64,000 bases of DNA from Chrysomallon squamiferum (lineage: Eukaryota; Animalia; Mollusca): contig CM022671.1 in the NCBI GenBank assembly GCA_012295275.1, positions 6,324,001 to 6,388,000 of the forward strand. Reading direction: 5' to 3'. Made by a program: the position numbers and the translations under genes. Below, piece after piece: positions 55,530-64,000 of this stretch (positions are counted from its first letter, which is position 1; each line of letters begins with the position of its first letter). The notes beneath the pieces were generated by a model. The model was not told where the DNA came from and ran no database searches. It worked only from the letters and a program-made list of their open reading frames with translations.

Positions 55530-55699
55530 CACAACACACACACACACACACACACACACACGTATTTATTTAACTTGAAAATGTTTGATGGATACATTTA
55601 ATAATTTCTCTAACTTTGTTTACTAATTTACGTGTAGCTGACGAGATTGTCACCAAGGAAGAACTGCAGCAAATCTTCGATGAATTCAAACATCAGTAG
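54772..55699 (+). CDS. Secreted precursor 1: signal peptide + cationic amphipathic 26-mer + GKR + two EF-hands (106 aa)
   Basis: Exons 54772-54919, 55315-55425, 55638-55699: MRIVLLLAVVIAVAVTNGEA / WRLRRVWRRVKPAVISTAIKLAIVAI / GKR / SVDEVDVNNDGVIGKDEIEAILSSRDADELLEFADRDADEIVTKEELQQIFDEFKHQ*; 3'UTR exon from ~55990 with AATAAA. Confidence 0.85.
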
Positions 55700-56150
55700 T
55701 TGTAAGTTTGTAATAAAATACACGTTCGAATATTAATTAAATATACGTTCAAAAAATATACGTTCAAATCTTAATCATATATTTATATTAATAAGTATGG
55801 AAACTGTTTAATTGGAAAAAATCAGTTAAAATTGCTTTAGATCTTTGTATGTGTACAAATATGAATTTTAATGTCAAGTTTTGTAACCCATGCGCTAAAT
55901 ATATTTATGAATTTGTGTTAAATATTTAAATGAGATTACAAACAGAAGTCTGAACATAGAAAGTGAATATATTGTTTTTTTTGTTTCAGACTCATCCAAG
56001 TTTAACCAGAAAAATGTCCAAACAGAAGTCCTAGAGGTGACCACATTGAAAACAATAAATATGAAACCTCTCTAAAATCAGTTTTATGTTTTAATTTAAT
56101 TTAATTTAATTTAATTTAATTTAATTTATTTTTTTTTTTATTTTATTTTT

Positions 56151-56184
<34 letters not shown>

Positions 56185-56513
56185 TTATCAATACTGATGT
56201 AAGTTAACAGTCCATAATCACATGTGTGAGTACGGCTGTTTTGGTACGTTTTTATGTAACAGAAATACAAAAGATGATATATTTTTAAATAAACAAATAA
56301 ACAAACAAACAAATACATAAGGAAATAAATAAAGAAATAAACAAAGAAATACATAAGAAAATAAACAAACAAACACACAAACGAGGTGATTTGAAGAGGA
56401 GAAAACTTTTGTAGGAACTGAATTGAATTTGATCAGTGTCCAAACTAATCTGATATATATCAAATTTTGTTACAAAATCGGTCATTTGTTATTACTACTA
56501 CTACTTCTATTCA

Positions 56514-56546
<33 letters not shown>

Positions 56547-56682
56547 GGAAGTGCACGTATATTGAACCTTTAGCATTTGTCAGCTTCTGATTGCTTCAAA
56601 GGTATTTTGCTACAAGTGTGTGACATCGCGATCAGATCGAGAATTTTGTGATATTAAAAGTAGCGGAAGGCCAACCGACGCG

Positions 56683-56880
56683 AAAACAATGACGGGGGTG
56701 ATCTACAAAGACGAAATCGAGGCTATTCTAAACAGTCGACAAGCAGACGAACTTCTTGAATTTGCTGATCGTGATGGCAAAGATTTATTTTTTTAGACTC
56801 ACCCAAGTTTGACCAGCACAATGTCCAAACAGAAGACAGAGATGTGAACACAATAAAGATGAAACCTCTCTAAAATATGT
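56683..56880 (+). pseudogene. Relic of a peptide/EF-hand gene: frameshifted exon 2 fused to the 3'UTR exon
   Basis: aacaatgacgggggtgatctacaaagacgaaatcgaggct...gctgatcgtgatg followed by GC instead of GT, then agactcacccaag...aataaa; no exon 1 or exon 3. Confidence 0.75.
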
Positions 56881-58062
56881 TTTTCATTTTATTTTGTTTT
56901 ATTCATTCATTCATTCATTCATTCATTCATTCATTTATGTATTTTATGAATACTGATGTCGGTTAATAAAGTTAACAGTTGATAAATATCACACATGTGT
57001 CAGTATGGATGTTGGTGCGTTTGTGTAACAGAAGTTAATTTTCAAGTGGAGTAGTTAAAAAATATTTTGAATAAACAAACAAAAACATAAGAAAATAAAC
57101 AAATAAACAACCAACCAGCCAAACAAACAAGCAATTAAATAAACAAACAAAACTTTGTAATAATAAAACATACGAGGTGACATGAAGACGAGAAGATTTG
57201 TGTAGAAATTAACTTGAATTTGATCAAACTAATCTGAAAAAGTAAACAGAACAGTTTAAACAAGTTCAGCTAAGAAACTGGTTTAAGAGAGAATCATTTC
57301 ACAACTTAGATTTACCAGTCAGTTTACCAAGAACTATAACCGAAGACATTCCGTATAATTTGACAAATTGTCTTTGCACGTAGATTTGAGAAAGGCCAAA
57401 CGTTTATGTAGAAGTCACCAAAATAATCAAATCGAGTTTATCGTAACTTGATAAACACACTGAGGTTATTAGACATTGCTTTTAGTGGACGAAAACTAAA
57501 AATCGTAAATTTTGTTGATAGAATCTGACGTTTTGATACAAAATTTTAATGTATTTAATATGTTATTGGGAAAAGTGATGCAGAAATCCTGTTTCCACCT
57601 TATTTTGGAAAAACTGTCACCAAGGTGACAAATGGAGCTGAAATGTGTACGTATAATCACCCTTCTTTTCTCTCTCTGCTTTAACATCACCATCCTTTAC
57701 TTCTTTTCTTGTTTCAAAGATGCTGGCTTTTTGTAGCATTTGTGGACGCATTTTTACAAATATAGTACACAGACACGTTTGTATATTTTATATGAACTGT
57801 CGTGTGAAGAGAAGAATATGTCCCATTGTCTTTCATGCACCAGTCGTGTTGCCATGGTTCAGATGGGGGGAAAAGGACAATGACAATCACGTCCATTGGA
57901 GAGGGTCAATTCTGTTAACTGTGCACATCAGGCGAGAAAATTCCATTTCAGTTTGTATATCATCACTACTCGCCGATCTTTACTTTAATATATCAAATTA
58001 TATTACAAAATGATGTTCATTTGTTACTACTAATACTAATACTTCTATTAATTTCATAATTA

Positions 58063-58163
<101 letters not shown>

Positions 58164-58201
58164 TTATCAGGTGATGAAATTTTTTTAACAAATGTAAACT
58201 T

Positions 58202-58299
58202 CTCAGATCAAACCAGAATACCAGCCTGGGATTGACTACGACAGAAAAAATCGTTACGCAGAAAGGAAACGATGGAAGGAGGATTATCAACCTGAACAG
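58202..58299 (+). pseudogene. Duplicated fragment of the MRPL18 last exon (start of tandem unit 2)
   Basis: Near-identical to 53438-53535 ([28 protein letters not shown]); stop TAG changed to CAG. Confidence 0.85.
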
Positions 58300-59259
58300 C
58301 AGAAACTGAGATTTAATTTTAGTGTGAATATCAAACATGATTAATTTACTGTAATCAAGTAAATTTCTGTCAGCTTTATTCATGAAACAAACACTTGTGT
58401 GATTAACAGTGTAAAATTTGAGTAAAAACTTATATTTTTTACAATAACTAAAAGCAGTACCAGATTTATGCATAAACTTGACAAATTACAGCTTAGGTCC
58501 TCAATCTGCAGAAATAAAGTCTTGTTCCTAGTTATCTCCCCTCTGAAAAAACGTTCATTGCTGGTTTTATTGGCTGTCATCTTGTGGTGTTTACAGATTG
58601 TTGATGATGTTCCACTTAACACAACAAGCAGAACTGAGTAATAATGTAAAAAAACAATTGTGTGTGTGTGTGAATAAAGAAGGAAATAAAACCCCATTAA
58701 CACCACAAGTTGAGCTATCTGTTACTTCCTGGATTAATATTCAGTGATGCTAAAAGATAAACACTTCATGTCTGCACCATGCCTGAAATATAAATCTGTC
58801 CAGGACATAACAGATAATTAACACAACATTAATTAAACAAATTATGATGATAAGATGAGATAATAATGTAATTACAAGCAGTGCATGAATCCAGTGTGTG
58901 AAATCCTGGTGAAGTTTAAAATAAATAGAGTCACTTAGCTACATTTTAAACCATTTACTGTTGTAAGACTGCAGAGAAAACAACAATGTAAGTACAACTA
59001 TTTTTTATATATTAAACTTATGATTATGGTCTATTTTATTATTTATTTATTTTAATATTTGTGTTCGCTGTCACTGCTATGTTCAGCCATTCTATCTTTA
59101 AGTAATTCAAAAGTTTATTTATTTATTTGTCTGTTTATTCCTTTAATGATTACTGTGTAATTCATGAAATTTACGGATGCTATTTATTATGAATAATAAT
59201 AATAATAATGAAAAATTAGTAATTATAGAGATTAATTAAAATAACAAAATCTGGCTTAC

Positions 59260-59302
<43 letters not shown>

Positions 59303-59529
59303 TTAAGGTGAAGATTTCTTTCCTTCCGAGTTAGCTCCCTCTATGAAGTACGTTATGATTTCCTCCCATTTTCATATTCCATTACAGTCATCAACTTACG
59401 ACCAGGTTACGTTCCGACTAAATGGGCGTAAGTTGGATATCTGTTATTTGTATGCACGTAATCACGTTATCTCAACCTTAAGTAATCCATGTTTTTTTTA
59501 GTAAACCCTTTAATTGGTTTAAATCAAAG

Positions 59530-59993
59530 ATGAGAGTCGTGCTGATTCTAGCAGTTGTCGTTGCTGTAGCTGTCACAAACAGTGATGCTAGTTGGGGACG
59601 TCGTGCATGGCGCAGAGCCAAACCTTACATTATTGAAGCAGCCAAGCAGATCCTCTTTAAAATTATTGGAAAAAGAAGTAATAAACAAGTTTTAAGTAGT
59701 GAATATAAACTCAGACTACAAAAATAAATACTACTACAACAACAGCTACTACTAGTAGAATAATAAAAATAACAAAGTTGTGGATACGATTTGCAAATGA
59801 CACCAGTAAAATGCTCATTCGAAGACTAGGCACCTACATGACGTGCATATTAAATTACATTTTAAAAAGATAACAAACAGCATCGCAGTATTTATTTATT
59901 TATTTATTTATTATTATTATTATTTATTTTTTTTTTTTTTATTATTATTATTTTTTCATTTTTTATTTAGTATTAATATTATTATTATTATTA

Positions 59994-60053
<60 letters not shown>

Positions 60054-60550
60054 TTTGTTTTTTGTTTTGTAGGTGTGAATGAAATTGATGCGAACAATGA
60101 CGGTGTGATAGACAAAGACGAAATCGAGGCTATTCTAAGTAGCCGAGAAGCAGACGAACTTCTGGAGTTTGCTGATCGTGATGGTAAAGATTTATTTTTT
60201 AATTTTTATTTTTAATTTTTTTTTTTTTTTTTTTTTTTTTTCAGTTAGTTAGTTTGTGTGTTTTTTGTTTTTTAAAATATTTGTTTGTTTATGTATATAT
60301 GTGTACACTCGTACATGGACATGGATTAATTTTAAAGTACTTCCAAGTACAGTACATACACAAACAAACACACGCACAGAGAGACACACACACACAAATA
60401 TATATATATATATATATATCTCAATTTTAAAATGTTTGGTGGATACATTTAGTAATTTCTCTAATTTTGTTTACTAATTTACATGTAGCTGACGAGATTG
60501 TCACCAAGGAAGAATTGCAGCAAATCTTCGATGAAATCAAACATCAGTAG
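59530..60550 (+). CDS. Secreted precursor 2: signal peptide + cationic amphipathic 26-mer + GKR + two EF-hands (106 aa)
   Basis: Exons 59530-59677, 60073-60183, 60489-60550: MRVVLILAVVVAVAVTNSDA / SWGRRAWRRAKPYIIEAAKQILFKII / GKR / SVNEIDANNDGVIDKDEIEAILSSREADELLEFADRDADEIVTKEELQQIFDEIKHQ*; exon sizes 148/111/62 as in copy 1. Confidence 0.88.
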
Positions 60551-60983
60551 TTGTAAGTTTGTAATAAAATACACGTTCAAATATTAATTAATCTTATAAT
60601 TATATTAAAAACTAAGTAAACTATTTAATTGCAAAATATCTATTAAAAGTAGACGTTTGTATGCGTATATAAATATGAATTTTAATATCGAGTTTATAAC
60701 CCATGCACTAAATATATTTATGAATTCGTGTTAAATATTTAAATGACATCACAAGTAGAAATCTGAAAACATAAAGTCAGTACACTATTTTCTTAGTTTC
60801 AGACTCATCCAAGTTTGACCAGCAAAATGTCCAAACAGAAGACTGAGATGTGAACACATTGAAAACAATAAAGATGAAACCTCTCTAAAATCAGTTTTAA
60901 GTTTTTATTTCATCTTATTTTATTTTATTGTAAATAGTTATTTATTTATTATTATTACTATTACTATTATAATTAGTATTATG

Positions 60984-61064
<81 letters not shown>

Positions 61065-61627
61065 TTATCAATACTAATGTCGGTTAATAAAGTTAACAGC
61101 TGGTGCGTTTCTGTAATAGAAATTAATTTTCAACTGGAATAGTTGATAAATATTTTAAAACAAACAAACAAACAAATACATAAGAACATTTTTAAATAAA
61201 TAAATAAATAAATAAATAACCAGCCAAGCAACCAAACAACCAACCAACCAAACAAACAAACAAACAAACAAAAAACATAAGAGGTAAGATGATGATGAGA
61301 AGATTTTTGTAGGAACTGACTTGAATTCGATCAAACTAATCTGAAAAAGTAAACAGAACAGTTTACACAAGTTCAGCTAAAAAAAATGGTGTAAGAGGGA
61401 ATCATTTCACAACTTAGTCTGTTTACCAACTCATAACTCATGCAATTCCTTACAACTGGACCAATTGTCTTTCAGACTCACCCAAGTTTGACCAGCAAAA
61501 TGTCCAAACAGAAGACTGAGATGTGAACACATTGAAAACAATAAAGATGAAACCTCTCTAAAATCAGTTTTAAGTTTTTATTTCATCTTATTTTATTTTA
61601 TTTTATTTTATTTTAAATATTTATTTA

Positions 61628-61667
<40 letters not shown>

Positions 61668-62702
61668 TTATCAATACTAATGTCGGTATCAATACTAATA
61701 AAGTTAACAGCTGGTGCGTTTGTGTAATAGAAATTAATTTTCAAGTGGAGTAGTTGATAAATATTTTAAATAATAAATAAACAAACAAACAAATACATAC
61801 TAAATAAATACGCGAACACATTTAAAAAAAAAAAAAACAAGAAATAAATAAATAACCAAACGAAGAAAAAGAAAGAAAGAAAGAAAGAAACCATTAAATA
61901 ATAAATACAAAAAATAAACAAACAAACGAGGTAACATGATGATGACAAGATTTTTGTAGGAACTGACTTGAATTTGATCAAACTAATCTGAAAAAGTAAA
62001 CAGAACAGTTTATACAAGTTCAGCTAAGAAACTGGTGTAAGAGAGAATCATTTCACAACTTAGATTTTACCAGTCAGTTTACCAAGAACTATAACCGAAA
62101 ACATTCCGTATAACTGGACCAATTGTCTTTGCACGTAGATTTGAGATGGCCAACTGTTTATGTAGAAGTCACCAAAATAATCAAATCGAGTTTATAGTGA
62201 CTTGATAAACACATTGAGGTTATTAGACATTGCTTTTAGCACAAGAAAACTAAAAATCGTAAATTTTGCTGATATTTAACATTTTAGAATCTGACGTTTT
62301 GATGCAAAATTGTAATGTATTTAATATATTAGTGGGAGAAGTGATGCACAAATCCTATTTCCACCTTATTTTGGAAAAAATGTCACCAAGGTGACAAATG
62401 GAGCTGAAATGTATACGTGTAGTCACCCTTCTTTTACTGTGTGCTTTACCGTCACCATCTTTTACTGTATGTCCCATGATCTTTCATACACCAGTCGTGT
62501 TGCCCTGGTTCAGAAGGGGGAAAAAGGACAATGACAATCACGTCCACCGGAGAACGTCGATCCTGTTAACTGTGCACATCAGGCGAGAAAATTCCATTTC
62601 AGTTTGTATATCATCACTACTCGCCGATCTATGCTTTACTTTATCAAATTTTATTACAAAATGGGATTCATTTGTTACTACTACTACTACTTCTATGAAT
62701 TT

Positions 62703-62753
<51 letters not shown>

Positions 62754-62850
62754 AATAATAATAATAATAATAATTATTATTATTGTTATTATTATTATTA
62801 TTTTATCAGGTGATGAAAATGTTTTAACAAACGTAAAGTGCTCACTTCAA

Positions 62851-62937
62851 ACCAAAACACCAGCCTGGGATTGACTACGACAGAAAAATCGTTACGCAGA
62901 AAGAAAACAGTGGAAGGAGAATTATCAGCCTGAATAG
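62851..62937 (+). pseudogene. Second duplicated, more decayed fragment of the MRPL18 last exon (start of tandem unit 3)
   Basis: caccagcctgggattgactacgacagaaaaatcgttacgcag...cctgaatag, with a 1-nt deletion relative to the gene. Confidence 0.85.
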
Positions 62938-63869
62938 CAGAAATTTAGATTTAATTTTAATGTGAATAACAAAACATGATTAATTTAATGACTAACAAAC
63001 ATGATTAATTTACTGTATTCATGAGACAAACACTTATATAATTAATAGCAAAATTTGAGTAAAAACTTGAATTTGTTTATTTTTTATTTTATAAAATAAC
63101 TAAAAGCAGTACCAAATTTATGCATAAACTTGACAAATTACAGCTTAGGTCCTCAATCTGCAGAAATACAGTCTTGTTCCTAGTTATCTCCCCTCTCGAA
63201 AATAGTTCATTGCTGGTTTTATTGTCTGTCATCTTGTGGTGTTTACAGATTGTTAATGAATGTTTTTATATTTCTAACAAAATCAGCAGGACTGAATAAT
63301 AATACAAAAACAGTCATGTGTGAAAAGAAAAGACAGAAAAAAACCATTAGCACCAAATGTTGAGTTATCTGTGTTACTCCCTACATTAACAGTCTGTGAT
63401 GCTAAAAGCTAAACACTTCATGTCTGCACCATGCTTGAACTGCACATCTGTCCAGGACATAACAGATAATTAACACAACATTAATAAACAAATTATGATG
63501 AAAAGATGAGATAATGATGTAAATACAAAGAGTGCATGAATCCAGTGTGTGAAATCCTGGTGAAATTTAAAATAAATAGAGTCACTTAGCTGCACTTTAG
63601 ACCATTTGTTGTTGTAAAACTGCAGAGAAAACAACAATGTAAGTAAAACTATTTTATATATATTAGTATTATGGTCTATTTTATTATTTATTTATTTATT
63701 GTGAAACAGAGAGCATTGATGAATTACATCTTTAATATTTTTGTTCGCTGTCTCTGCTATGTTCAGTCATTCTATCTTTAAGTAATTCAAAAGTTAATTT
63801 ATTTATTTGTCTGTTTATTCCTTTATTGATTACTGTGTAATTCATGAAATTTACGGATACAATTTATTA

Positions 63870-63927
<58 letters not shown>

Positions 63928-64000
63928 AAGATTAGTAATAATACAGATTAATTAAAATCACAAAATCACACTTACTTATTAAAAAAAAAAAAGAAAAAAA

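Overview
AT-rich, intron-containing animal genomic DNA with many microsatellites; gene content is compatible with a mollusc or other lophotrochozoan (inference). Gene models were built by hand from the ORF track plus GT/AG boundaries. (1) Two tandem minus-strand paralogues (16917->2242, ~3160 aa; 34273->21057, ~2810 aa) encode giant class C GPCR-like proteins: signal peptide, FIVE tandem Venus-flytrap (VFT/ANF-receptor) domains joined by short 3-Cys linkers, no full nine-cysteine domain, and a 7TM domain with GPRC5/BOSS-like motifs. One paralogue has a cytoplasmic tail of ~14 16-aa repeats. (2) A two-exon HAD-family phosphatase-like gene. (3) A six-exon mitochondrial ribosomal protein L18 gene. 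(4) A ~4.7-kb tandem duplication array (two full units and a third running off the window) whose units carry a small secreted precursor: signal peptide + hypervariable cationic amphipathic 26-mer + GKR + conserved acidic two-EF-hand domain, a candidate antimicrobial/toxin peptide family. (5) Two non-autonomous long-TIR DNA transposons (Sola2-like), MITEs, foldback palindromes and minisatellites built from splice sites. Five single-base frameshifts and one broken acceptor look more like consensus errors than pseudogenisation.
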